Positions 1 through 9,393 of a DNA stretch of 64,000 nucleotides are shown here, one piece after another (positions within the stretch are counted from its first letter, which is position 1; each line of letters opens with the position of its first letter). The position numbers and the translations under genes were made by a program. The stretch is taken from NCBI GenBank assembly GCA_030583825.1, contig CP129477.1, forward strand, positions 74,259-138,258. Reading direction: 5' to 3'. This DNA comes from Candidatus Dojkabacteria bacterium. GTDB lineage: Bacteria > Patescibacteriota > Dojkabacteria > GCA-002793355. The notes under the pieces were generated by a model, which was not told where the DNA came from, ran no database searches, and was given only the letters and a program-made list of their open reading frames with translations.

Positions 1-497
1 TTTGAGTATTCTTGTACTTTTTTATTTAATATTTTGCAGGCTTCAAAGATTGATTGGGAATAATGTCCATCTTTAAACAGCTTTTGACTTGAAAATACAA
101 CAGCACTATGTAATTTTCTATCGTTAAAGGCTTTCTGATTAGTTTTTACATGATCAATCGTAACGATCTTTAACTTCGCCTTTAGATCTGAAAACGATTG
201 TCTTGGGAACTTGTAATCTTTATCATTCTTTTTAAAGTAAATTGAGTCCTTAGATATCACCTTTTCAACGACATAATCCAGTACATCCAAACGACCAAGT
301 TCTCCAATTTTTACCATCTCATCGTAAAGGTATTCCTCTTTAGACTTTTTAGAAATCTTCCAATCCTCAGAAGCTGTACTTTCTGGAATCCAGCCAGAAT
401 CTTTGAATAACTTTGTGAATTGGCTTCCAGAAGTAGCCTTTGAAATAATATATGCAAGTAATCTAATGTTTTCTTTTGTATAGTCAAGTTTTTTCAT
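1..497 (-). CDS. Partial CDS whose C-terminus lies beyond the window start. HEPN-like (TIGR02391/Hypoth_Ymh-like) protein, candidate defense-associated.
   Basis: ATG at 497 on the minus strand, and the frame stays open to position 1. My translation gives MKKLDYTKENIRLL...HSAVVFSSQKLFKDGHYSQSIFEACKILNKKVQE, which resembles the conserved core of the Ymh/HEPN family. It sits next to restriction genes. Confidence 0.35.
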   Translation of the reverse strand, partial: MKKLDYTKENIRLLAYIISKATSGSQFTKLFKDSGWIPESTASEDWKISKKSKEEYLYDEMVKIGELGRLDVLDYVVEKVISKDSIYFKKNDKDYKFPRQSFSDLKAKLKIVTIDHVKTNQKAFNDRKLHSAVVFSSQKLFKDGHYSQSIFEACKILNKKVQEYS

Positions 498-498
498 T

Positions 499-2820
499 TT
501 AAAACCTTTTTCTTATATATTCAGTTATCTCACTCCCTTTCTCTAATGGCTGTGATGTATTCCCACTTCTGATATAAAATCTCTCAAACTTCCGCCCATG
601 TTCATCCATAACTTCTAGGAAAACAGGCTCCTTACCTGCTTCTACATCTATTCTACAAATTTCTTTTCCATCCAAGACAGGAAATGTAACTATTAAATTA
701 GTTGTACTAAAAACTGTGCCAAACGTTTTATTAAGTTGATTTCTTAAATGTATTTCAAACTCATCCTTGTTCCCATCTTTTAAGGTCAAATAATCTTTAT
801 CAAGACCCAATGCAACACCGTTATCATCAACCCCAATTATTAATGTTCCACCATGAGCGTTATTAAAAGCTGATATTGTTTTAAAAATGATTTCTTCCAT
901 TTTCTTATCTTGAATATCTCTGTCAATATCCCATCTATAAGAGGATTTAAACTCAAGCTTTGAATTTTCGCCAAGTGCAATAAGTTCTTCAATTGTATCT
1001 GGATTTGAATCATTTGTTGGGTCTTCAAATATGGTTTGTATCTGACTGAGGATTTGTTTCTTTCTTTCCTCTAAAAATTCATAGTAATCATCTTTATTAA
1101 AGGACTCTTTAGATAATATTTCTATTGCTTTTTTGCTAATCTGATGAGAGGCAAAAAGTTTATAAATTTCATCTGCATTATTACTACTAAATAATTTGGG
1201 CAAGTATTCATTAGGTAATGTATCACTAATTATGTGTCTGTTAGTTGTAGGTAGTAAAGGCGTTCTATTAAGTATTGAATTTATATCCTCACCAACAACA
1301 TCCTTTCCCCATGAGCGTGGAACAATATGATGATCATCAAGTTGTGAATAGTCAGGTAAATCAAGTGTTTTCCAATCTCTAGCTCCATTAATGATATAGA
1401 GATTAAAAATTGCATTATAAATCGCTGAATTTTGTTTTGTTTCTCGGGTTAGGTCTAAATTTTGATATGAATCTTTAAATCTCTGTACGATTTCTGGTAT
1501 TGCATTATCGTCTTCAAACCACTTAATCATCAATTTGTAGTCTTTTGCAGACTGTGATTCAACCGAACTAGAATAGTTTTGTGTAAAAACTGATGCCCAA
1601 TACCACTGTCTAAGCTTCTTGATTGCCGAAAGATGATTCTCTTCTAAATTATTATCAATGTAGGCTTTAAGTGCCGAAAATATTGGTAATATTCCATTGT
1701 AAGGGAGAAATCTCATATCGATTACTCCATATTCACGAGGGTTTCTTAGTGTTTTAACAGCATTCTTATATGCTTCAATTGAAGCATTCCATTCCTTCTC
1801 AAAAGTAAATGCATCTGCAACAAGTATCTTCTCTTCCTTAGTATTGTCTTCTAACCGAATTGTTTTCTTTGCATTAGGAACAAGATAGTACAAATATCTT
1901 GGAGAGCAATAGTCTTGTAGTTTTATAGACATATTCTGTAAAAGGTGAACTTTTGTTCTTGCTTCATCAACAAACATTAACTCATCTTTTATAATCCTCC
2001 AATTTTCTTTTAGATTGATCTCATGAGGGCGTAAAATTGCATTGAGAAGGTCGAATATACTTAATGGTACTCCTTTGCTGTTAATCTTTGTAAAGATATC
2101 ACATACTTTTTCAATAGGCATATTCCTGTCCAATTCAATGTAGCTTATGCTGTATTCGCTTAGCGTTACTTCTACTATTTGCTTTAAAGCATCATATATC
2201 TCGTTTACTTTCTCAGCGTCTACGCCTTGTTTTATAAGGGATTCCTTATATCCGTTAAGCCAAGTGAAGAAAGCAAAAGTCTCTGTTAGAACGGAGATTG
2301 GTAAAATGTTGTTCTTGTACTGTTGCTCTGGATTACTTAATAGACTTTTTATACTTTTAGATTCCCATTCATAATAAAAGGCTTCATCGAAATCGGAATC
2401 TAACAAGTTGTTAATATCAATAAAGAAATGGCAACTTGATTTTCTTTTGGGGAAAGGAATGTCCTTTGCAAAAAAGGCGTAATACAAGGCTGATAGACGT
2501 TGCTGACCATCTAGTACAATGTGTCTAGGATCACCATTACTTCTATAGCCATATATTGGCTCACAATTAAGTATTTTGATATTTTCATCAGAAGCTTTCC
2601 AAAAAAGAAGAGTACCTACATAGTAGTCCATGAAAATGGACTTTAACAAATCTGCTACATCCCAAGGATTCCACTCAAACTCTCGTTGGAAATCAGGAAT
2701 TACAAATTCCCCTTTGTGAATCTGAGAGAGTAAATTTTGTAATGATACTTTTTCAGTTTTTTCTATATGCCTCATAAGATTAATTAATAAACTTAAAATA
2801 GTCCTTCCATCTTCTTCCAA
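499..2820 (-). CDS. GmrSD-family Type IV (modification-dependent) restriction endonuclease, DUF262 + DUF1524, with a C-terminal AlbA_2/Schlafen-like domain.
   Basis: The N-terminus has FQREFEW and DGQQRL, the DUF262 ParB-like nuclease motifs. The middle has DDHHIVPRSWG...N...N, a DUF1524 His-Me finger. The C-terminal ~150 aa (KTISAFNNAHGGTLIIGVDDNG...FYIRSGNTSQPL) matches the AlbA_2 divergent-AAA/Schlafen pattern. Confidence 0.7.
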   Translation of the reverse strand: MEEDGRTILSLLINLMRHIEKTEKVSLQNLLSQIHKGEFVIPDFQREFEWNPWDVADLLKSIFMDYYVGTLLFWKASDENIKILNCEPIYGYRSNGDPRHIVLDGQQRLSALYYAFFAKDIPFPKRKSSCHFFIDINNLLDSDFDEAFYYEWESKSIKSLLSNPEQQYKNNILPISVLTETFAFFTWLNGYKESLIKQGVDAEKVNEIYDALKQIVEVTLSEYSISYIELDRNMPIEKVCDIFTKINSKGVPLSIFDLLNAILRPHEINLKENWRIIKDELMFVDEARTKVHLLQNMSIKLQDYCSPRYLYYLVPNAKKTIRLEDNTKEEKILVADAFTFEKEWNASIEAYKNAVKTLRNPREYGVIDMRFLPYNGILPIFSALKAYIDNNLEENHLSAIKKLRQWYWASVFTQNYSSSVESQSAKDYKLMIKWFEDDNAIPEIVQRFKDSYQNLDLTRETKQNSAIYNAIFNLYIINGARDWKTLDLPDYSQLDDHHIVPRSWGKDVVGEDINSILNRTPLLPTTNRHIISDTLPNEYLPKLFSSNNADEIYKLFASHQISKKAIEILSKESFNKDDYYEFLEERKKQILSQIQTIFEDPTNDSNPDTIEELIALGENSKLEFKSSYRWDIDRDIQDKKMEEIIFKTISAFNNAHGGTLIIGVDDNGVALGLDKDYLTLKDGNKDEFEIHLRNQLNKTFGTVFSTTNLIVTFPVLDGKEICRIDVEAGKEPVFLEVMDEHGRKFERFYIRSGNTSQPLEKGSEITEYIRKRF

Positions 2821-5162
2821 CCATCCAGATTGCCTACAGTATTTTGATAATCTTCATTATCGTTGTAATACCATGTACCATTCTCAAATATTGCTATGCC
2901 ACCAATATAGTCTTTACCAAGCTCCTTCAATTTTTTAGCTAGTGACTCAGCTCGCCCTTCTGTATCGGTAGCCGTTCTTCCTGCTTTGGTATCAAATATT
3001 CCGATTCTGCCATCTTTAAACCTAACTATCCAATCTGGATAAAACAACGCATCTTCTTGTTTAGAGGTATTGAAATATTTAACTGCGAAATAGTCTTTTC
3101 CGCTGTCTCCATTCTTAAACCACCATTCAAGATAATCCATTTTCGTATCGAGATATTTCATAAACTTTTCTTCATTCTCTCTACCGTCATAATCCTTTCT
3201 GATATAGTACTTGTCCAATACGCAAAGCCTTTGTTCCAATTCCTCGTAGTCTTCTGTATAAGCATATTCCTCTTTAATAGAAAAAACTGGGGTTTCATCT
3301 TTTTCTACTTTGGCTATCTTTTCCTTTAATAACTCTTGAAGTATAGGGCGATACTCCTTTAATGCTTGAGTAATTGCCTGTTTAAAAACACTACTTTCAC
3401 GCTTTAATACATCGTAAATAAATACTTTGTAGTAGTATGAGCTATCCTCACTAAAAATACCTTTAAACCAAACTCTTATTGCTGATTTTAATGGACTCCA
3501 AGACCTTGCTATATTAGTTATTTTGGCGTCTTTCTCTGTTTGCTCCTTTAATATTTCAAAGCATAGATAGTTGAATGTTTTTTCTACGTCTTGATGAGAC
3601 ATTTCAAGGTCAACATCTTCACCTGCATTAGCAAATTCAAGGTTAATTTGGTCAAAATCTGTAAATTCAGCATTGACTATGATCTTATTTGTAAGTATTG
3701 GATTTAATTCAATACCTTCTTGCTGTAACTTATCCTTCGCTTTCCCTAAAATATCGTCATTAGTGATTCCGAAATAATTATTCATCGAACCAAGAAAACT
3801 CATTTGGAACTTTGATGAATTGCTCAAGTCCCCATAATCAACCCTTGTAACAAAAGCAGATTGAATTTCAACATTTGTGATATTTTTCTTCCTTTTAGCG
3901 ACATAAATTAGTGGCTTATTAAATGTTGATTGATCTGGAATTGTAACCTCAGTTCTCTTATAGTTTGTGTATAGATATCCAGTTCTTAGATCAGAATAGT
4001 CCTTGTAATCCTCGTTGTTTTCAGGATCAGGCATCCTTAGAATTCTTCCGATTGTTTGAGTATAAAATGTAGGAGAAGTAATTTCCCTAAACATAACTAA
4101 AATGTGTGCTCTCGGACAGTCCCAACCTGTTCCTGCGGCTTGTTTAAAGAGCATAAAATCTACATCGCTATCATTCTCAGTAATAAATTCCATGTTTTTC
4201 TGTTTTCCATCAAACCACATTGCAACACGATCTTCTTTAATCCCTTTTTTGTTGAGCGTTTCTAAAACAACCTGTTCTTTAGTTTTTTGTCCGATTTCAA
4301 TTAGCTTTTTATCGTCATTAGGTAGTTGGATTAATATAAGTGGATTGATTTCTTTGTTTATCTTTTTATATTGATCGATAATTTCAGATCTCTTCCTAAT
4401 CGCTAAATCAATAAGTACTTCATCTAAATCCTGTCCTTTGAACTTCTGTAAATCTTCATCTGTTTGAACAACAATCTTTTCCTTAATTAGCCCCTCCTCA
4501 ATAACTTTTTGTCTTGGTACTTCAATATATCCTGCCTCATTGTTCTTGACTTGAGAAAAAGAAGGTTCCTCTTCTGGTGTTGCGGAAACTTTAACAATTA
4601 CTTTCGGATTAATATAATCAATTATTTCCTGTGCCAGATGTGTTCTACTATTTTTATGCGACTCGTCAACTACGAGAATGATTTCTCTCTTGGCTTCATG
4701 AGTCGCATCTATCATATCTTCAAAATATTTTCCACTTTCTTTCTGCATTAACTCATCTTCTGGTCTCCTTAGGACTCTATTCTCAGCACTTTTTGAAACA
4801 ACTTTCTGCCAATTTATGAATAAGATATCGTTTTTCAAAAGTATCCCTCTGGAATCAATATCCTGAACGGTTAATAATTCATTTTCAAGGGTATTTTCAA
4901 AATATTTGAAGAATTTTTCCTTACTCTGCATCGCTAACTCATCACTAAAAGTGATCCAGATAAAAGCTTTATCGGAATCCCAATTTGGTAGATGATTCAA
5001 TCCTTTGATAAAATGTGCCATCATAAAAGTCTTTCCACTACCTGTAGGGGATTTGAAGACTAAAGGAAGTTGTCTTTTAGGAGTTCCCCATATCGTTGTA
5101 AGTGAAGTTAGGAGTTCTTCTACTGCAGATTTTTGAAATTCTAATAAATTGAATTGTGCCAT
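2793..5162 (-). CDS. res: Type III restriction enzyme Res subunit (SF2 helicase + PD-(D/E)xK nuclease).
   Basis: Helicase motifs are FKSPTGSGKT (motif I), VVDESH (motif II) and TQTIGRILR (motif VI). The C-terminus carries YPDW...FDTKAG, a PD...DxK nuclease motif. It lies immediately downstream of, and slightly overlaps, the mod gene. Confidence 0.8.
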   Translation of the reverse strand: MAQFNLLEFQKSAVEELLTSLTTIWGTPKRQLPLVFKSPTGSGKTFMMAHFIKGLNHLPNWDSDKAFIWITFSDELAMQSKEKFFKYFENTLENELLTVQDIDSRGILLKNDILFINWQKVVSKSAENRVLRRPEDELMQKESGKYFEDMIDATHEAKREIILVVDESHKNSRTHLAQEIIDYINPKVIVKVSATPEEEPSFSQVKNNEAGYIEVPRQKVIEEGLIKEKIVVQTDEDLQKFKGQDLDEVLIDLAIRKRSEIIDQYKKINKEINPLILIQLPNDDKKLIEIGQKTKEQVVLETLNKKGIKEDRVAMWFDGKQKNMEFITENDSDVDFMLFKQAAGTGWDCPRAHILVMFREITSPTFYTQTIGRILRMPDPENNEDYKDYSDLRTGYLYTNYKRTEVTIPDQSTFNKPLIYVAKRKKNITNVEIQSAFVTRVDYGDLSNSSKFQMSFLGSMNNYFGITNDDILGKAKDKLQQEGIELNPILTNKIIVNAEFTDFDQINLEFANAGEDVDLEMSHQDVEKTFNYLCFEILKEQTEKDAKITNIARSWSPLKSAIRVWFKGIFSEDSSYYYKVFIYDVLKRESSVFKQAITQALKEYRPILQELLKEKIAKVEKDETPVFSIKEEYAYTEDYEELEQRLCVLDKYYIRKDYDGRENEEKFMKYLDTKMDYLEWWFKNGDSGKDYFAVKYFNTSKQEDALFYPDWIVRFKDGRIGIFDTKAGRTATDTEGRAESLAKKLKELGKDYIGGIAIFENGTWYYNDNEDYQNTVGNLDGWKKMEGLF

Positions 5163-5164
5163 AG

Positions 5165-6844
5165 TTATTTCGTATTCAAGTTATAAATTTGTTTATAAAT
5201 TTCGAGAATTGGTGCGGGTATTGTTTTCACTTTAGCATCCTTTATTTCTGCGAAATCATCTGGAAATTCGTTATCACCCCAACTAAATACATAGATTGAG
5301 ACAGGTTTATCAAGTTTTTTAACGGTACTCTTAAACTTCTCAAAGTTAGTCATTTCCTCCCTGAAATAAATAGCTGTATATCTATCGTTACTCTCGTAAA
5401 ATTGCATCCAATCATCTTTATTGATCAAATCTAGAGTGTTTTCAGATAATGCAAGTAATTCTCCTGCATTGTGGGCTATGAGTACCTTGTCTTCATCTTT
5501 AATGTTCGTAATATTTCTTTTTCCTATAAAGGAAGTTCTGTAATATTTTAGGCTCCCATTAGTATCTTGCATATCTGAAACTTTTCCATTCAAAACTTTA
5601 TAAATTCGAGGATAACAAACATCTTTCATAATATTAGCCTCGTTATTTGTAACAAGAATAAATTTTCTTTGTCCGTTATCGTCAATATTTTTTAGAACTA
5701 CTGAATGACCTGTTGTTCCTGAGCCAGCAAAGAAATCCAAGACATAGCTCTTTTTTACTGTAGATAATTCAATTATTCGCTTTAGTAAGGAAGTAGGTTT
5801 AGGATTATTAAAAATCTTATCTCCAAGAATTTTTTCAAGTTCCTTTGTTCCATTAGTTGTTGTTCCAACATCATCCCAAATTGATTTCGCAGTCGAGCCT
5901 TTAGCCTCTACTTCATACAGAAATCGCTTTAGTTGAGGTTTAGATTTTCCAGATTTACCAAAAATAATCCTTCCGTCATTTAAGTATTTTAAATAATCCT
6001 TTTCTGTAGTTCTCCAACACCTTCCTTTAGGTGGCATAAATTTCTTACCAGTATTAGGATTTTTAATTTCATATGTAAGGTTTGGTCTAATATTTGGTGC
6101 ATCAAAAGGATCAGCAGTCCAAGGACCTCGTGAATCATTATCAGGATTTGAGAATTTATTTTTATCCATCTTCAATCTAAATTCCTGCTTTATTTCCTGT
6201 AGAACCGAAATATCTTTCGCATAAACTAATGTATGGTTATGGTTTAAAGAAACAATGGTATCATTTGAAACAGATTTTCTAGAGTTCCAAATAACATCTA
6301 TAACAAAATTCTCCTCGTTAAAAATACTGTCACATAGTAACTTTAATTGGGCAAATTCATTATCATCAATGGAAATAAAAATTACACCTCTTTTACTTAG
6401 AAGGTTTCTAGATAATTCTATGCGTTTACTCATAAAAGAAAGCCAGTAACTATGTCTAAAGGGATGATTTCTTGGAACTTCTGTTCCATCAGGATAACTA
6501 GACAATATACGTTTATCTTTATATCTAAAGCCATCGTTTCCAGTGTTATAGGGAGGGTCAATATATATGAGATCAATTTTTCCTTTATGGGTGTAATTCA
6601 AACAAGTAAGAGCATGATAATTATCGCCTTCAATCAAAATATGTGTAGGTTTTCCGTCATCGTTTTTTATCGCTAATTCAGGTACTTCCTTAAGTATTGG
6701 TAATTTGTTTTCAACATCATCTTCAAATGCCTCTGGAACATCCATCCATACAAGTCCATACTTTTGTTTCTTAACAGACTTTTTAAGCCGCTCAACTTGT
6801 TTTTTTAGTTTTAAAATGTCATTTTGATAGTCGTTATTGTTCAT
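5165..6844 (-). CDS. mod: Type III R-M Mod subunit, N6-adenine DNA methyltransferase (beta class).
   Basis: IYIDPPYNTG (motif IV) comes before FFAGSGTTG (motif I), which is the beta-class order typical of Type III Mod. Gene order mod then res. Confidence 0.8.
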   Translation of the reverse strand: MNNNDYQNDILKLKKQVERLKKSVKKQKYGLVWMDVPEAFEDDVENKLPILKEVPELAIKNDDGKPTHILIEGDNYHALTCLNYTHKGKIDLIYIDPPYNTGNDGFRYKDKRILSSYPDGTEVPRNHPFRHSYWLSFMSKRIELSRNLLSKRGVIFISIDDNEFAQLKLLCDSIFNEENFVIDVIWNSRKSVSNDTIVSLNHNHTLVYAKDISVLQEIKQEFRLKMDKNKFSNPDNDSRGPWTADPFDAPNIRPNLTYEIKNPNTGKKFMPPKGRCWRTTEKDYLKYLNDGRIIFGKSGKSKPQLKRFLYEVEAKGSTAKSIWDDVGTTTNGTKELEKILGDKIFNNPKPTSLLKRIIELSTVKKSYVLDFFAGSGTTGHSVVLKNIDDNGQRKFILVTNNEANIMKDVCYPRIYKVLNGKVSDMQDTNGSLKYYRTSFIGKRNITNIKDEDKVLIAHNAGELLALSENTLDLINKDDWMQFYESNDRYTAIYFREEMTNFEKFKSTVKKLDKPVSIYVFSWGDNEFPDDFAEIKDAKVKTIPAPILEIYKQIYNLNTK

Positions 6845-7082
6845 TTTTATAGGTTGGGTTGTTATCTAAATTAATCTTGCCTAACAACAAATCCACCGAT
6901 GCATCTAATGCATCAGCTATCCGCTTGATAGTTTTAACCGTTGGGTTTTGAACACTACCCCTTTCGATCTTAATCAATGTCGTATAAGAAACACCAGATT
7001 TTTGAGCAAGTTCTTCTTGTGTCATATCTTTCTTTTTTCTTAACTCTTGTATAATCTCACCAATATGTTGAGACTTTTTCAT
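6834..7082 (-). CDS. XRE-family HTH regulator, candidate controller (C) protein of the Type III R-M operon.
   Basis: HTH_XRE signature (MTQEELAQKSGVSYTTLIKIERG). It is 82 aa and its stop overlaps the mod start by 11 nt on the same strand. Confidence 0.55.
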   Translation of the reverse strand: MKKSQHIGEIIQELRKKKDMTQEELAQKSGVSYTTLIKIERGSVQNPTVKTIKRIADALDASVDLLLGKINLDNNPTYKNEQ

Positions 7083-7250
7083 TCTTGTATTCCTAGCAAA
7101 GTAAGGTTACAAATAATCTACCATAAAGCGTAGAAGAAATAAAGCCAACTTTCTTTGCTTACTTTCTATTTCGGCTAAAGATAAAGAAAGTAAGTTTAAC
7201 TTACTCAAAATTTGAGGGTTTAACCTTTCAACCCTCAAAGGTCAAGAAAA

Positions 7251-7451
7251 TTAGTTTACTAGATGGATTTGCCAATCTTCAACATCTTCTTCATAATCGA
7301 CTAAATCCATTAATTCATCATAATTTTCAATCTGAGCAAGTTCGCCATCATCTGGTGTAGTACTCAATTCCTGCCATAGTTCTCCGCCTTTTTCTAGGTG
7401 TTCAATACATTCAATTAATGTTTTTGCTATTGGATATTTAATGTAGTCCAT
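7251..7451 (-). CDS. Small, highly acidic hypothetical protein (66 aa).
   Basis: ORF rich in D/E (DYEEDVEDWQ). A hairpin with a T-run follows at 7217-7250 on the minus strand. Confidence 0.4.
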   Translation of the reverse strand: MDYIKYPIAKTLIECIEHLEKGGELWQELSTTPDDGELAQIENYDELMDLVDYEEDVEDWQIHLVN

Positions 7452-7516
7452 TTTTATTTGTTTGATAATTTAATATTTTGCAAGGGCGGAAGCTATTAAC
7501 CTCCGCCCTTAACCTG

Positions 7517-7699
7517 TTATACTTGTGTGAAGCACTCCTCTGCGAATAGCTGTTCAGCCTGTCCAAGATTGAATTTTGCTTTTGCTCTGTTGAGTGCTTC
7601 ATTTTCATCTCTTACACCTTCAATCAATCCGATGAAGGTCTTTTCGTTTATTTCTTTGATGAACCTATACAAGCGATTTAGTATTAAGTAATTTTTCAT
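7517..7699 (-). CDS. Hypothetical protein (60 aa).
   Basis: ORF only. It is translationally coupled to the upstream 129-aa ORF by a 4-nt overlap. Confidence 0.3.
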   Translation of the reverse strand: MKNYLILNRLYRFIKEINEKTFIGLIEGVRDENEALNRAKAKFNLGQAEQLFAEECFTQV

Positions 7700-8085
7700 A
7701 GTTCGATGTCCTTAAAAAACTTATTTACGCATTGGATTAATTCGTTTCTTGCCTTATCTCCAATAACATATTCAACAAATTCTTTTGATTGATGTTTTAA
7801 GTAGTAGGCGTGGTCTTGTTCAATAAAGCCTGTTAGCTTGTATTGTGTATAGATAACAGTTGCTGTTAAATCCATTCCACAACCTCCAAGACCGCAGAAA
7901 ATCAATCCATCAACCTCAATAGGTATCATTCCGCACTCTCTAACGATTTGAGCGTTTCGCTCTGTCCATTGTGTTTCATCAAAACACCATAATGTATTCC
8001 ACATTATTTCCTCATTTTCTAGTAAAGTATCCCAATAATAAGGATTGATTTTTTTAATCCAATCAAGTGATAAAGTAGTAACCAT
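7696..8085 (-). CDS. Hypothetical protein (129 aa), Cys-rich.
   Basis: ORF with a CGLGGCGMD motif. Same strand as the neighbouring small genes. Confidence 0.4.
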   Translation of the reverse strand: MVTTLSLDWIKKINPYYWDTLLENEEIMWNTLWCFDETQWTERNAQIVRECGMIPIEVDGLIFCGLGGCGMDLTATVIYTQYKLTGFIEQDHAYYLKHQSKEFVEYVIGDKARNELIQCVNKFFKDIEL

Positions 8086-8146
8086 TTTAAAATTTGTAAT
8101 AATTTATATTTGAAGGTTTAACCATCCCACCTTCAAAGGTTTTCCT

Positions 8147-8440
8147 TCAGTCCATTAGCTCCTTTAGTGATTTAGGCTTGAAATACATATCTCTTTCAAT
8201 CGGTAAACCTAAAGCACCTTTTACGCTTTTAAGTTCTGAAAGTCTGAAATAACCGATTTCTTTTTCAAAACCGTCAACCAGTCCGAAAAATAAATCTTCA
8301 CCATCAAACTCTGTTGCGTACCATGTCCAGTTACTATCGGGAGTAAAAAACTTGACTACTGCAACCGCATCAAGTCCTTTTTCTTCCTGTGAATAAAGCG
8401 GAGGTAATTTCTTTAATACCTCTTCAGTAAGTAAGACCAT
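8147..8440 (-). CDS. Hypothetical protein (97 aa).
   Basis: ORF in the same-strand cluster of small genes. Confidence 0.4.
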   Translation of the reverse strand: MVLLTEEVLKKLPPLYSQEEKGLDAVAVVKFFTPDSNWTWYATEFDGEDLFFGLVDGFEKEIGYFRLSELKSVKGALGLPIERDMYFKPKSLKELMD

Positions 8441-8862
8441 AATTAGATAAATAAAAAATTAGATATAAAACTCTCCTTAACCTTTCACCTCGTAAGCTAT
8501 GCAATACGGTTATTAGCTATTAGTTAAGGCTATTCAGTTGTCAAAGAGCTTTCTTTCAAGTCAAGGATGTTTTCCCTTTCTTAACAGAGAAAAAGCGAGC
8601 CGAAACGACCGTAGGGAGAGAAGGCAGTATAAAAATACTGATTTGACAAGGAGGAATTCGCAGAAGCCAATCCTTGCAAACCCAGAGGGTAGCGAGCGTA
8701 TGCGATAGCAGAAGCGAAGCTATCAAAGGATTTTTATGCTAGTATTTTCAGAAGAAAGGGAAATAATCAAAACAAAATAAGCCTGCGTTAGCAGACCATA
8801 TTTAAGAACTGTTTCTTTTTTGCACAGCTTTATGCTTTTCAGTAGACAAAAGAAAAAAGCGT

Positions 8863-9393
8863 TTAATCGTTTAGGCTAACGAATACTCTCTGATTTGATG
8901 AATAAAACTTACATGTATAAATCGTTATATATTCATCACTGGGATTATTCGTTCCATTAGTAATTCCTTTGATTTGGTATTCATACCTCTTACCATTCCA
9001 AATAACAAACACTTTATCTCCCTCATTTAGTTTATTCACATGATAAAGTGTTTGCTTCATCTTTTGCTCGGGACTGAGAGTTGACCATCCAAAACGATGA
9101 ATTGCAATCAAATTTGGAAGATTATCTGAATCAAGTCTTTGAATCCAACCACCATAATCTAAAAACTCTTTATCTTGTCCGATTTTCATATCAACACCAA
9201 TTGAAGGAATAATAAGTCTGTTGATTGAAAGATCTTCTTCTGATTCAATCATTTCAATAATTTTCGCTTCATTCGGTGGATTGATTTTGTATTCAATCTC
9301 AGGAGAGAAAACTTCATAGATAATAAATAAGCCAATACCAATCAAAATGATTGAAATAATTATCAGTATTGATTTAATAAGTCTTTTACCCAT
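8863..9393 (-). CDS. Sortase-family transpeptidase, membrane-anchored.
   Basis: N-terminal TM helix. Catalytic His is in LIAIHRF and catalytic Cys is in ITIYTCKF (the TLxTC-like motif), followed by a conserved Arg (QRVFV). Confidence 0.6.
   Translation of the reverse strand: MGKRLIKSILIIISIILIGIGLFIIYEVFSPEIEYKINPPNEAKIIEMIESEEDLSINRLIIPSIGVDMKIGQDKEFLDYGGWIQRLDSDNLPNLIAIHRFGWSTLSPEQKMKQTLYHVNKLNEGDKVFVIWNGKRYEYQIKGITNGTNNPSDEYITIYTCKFYSSNQRVFVSLND

Noticed and set aside
3057-4751. ORFs 3057..3329, 4102..4374 and 4509..4751 (+) inside the Type III res gene
   Set aside because: They are antisense to a long, motif-bearing CDS and have low-complexity Phe/Leu/Ile-rich products typical of AT-rich antisense frames. 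No independent signals.
5165-6844. Possible phase-variable simple-sequence repeat in the Type III mod gene
   Set aside because: I scanned for homopolymer or short tandem repeat tracts of the kind seen in phase-variable mod genes. I saw none longer than A7/T7.
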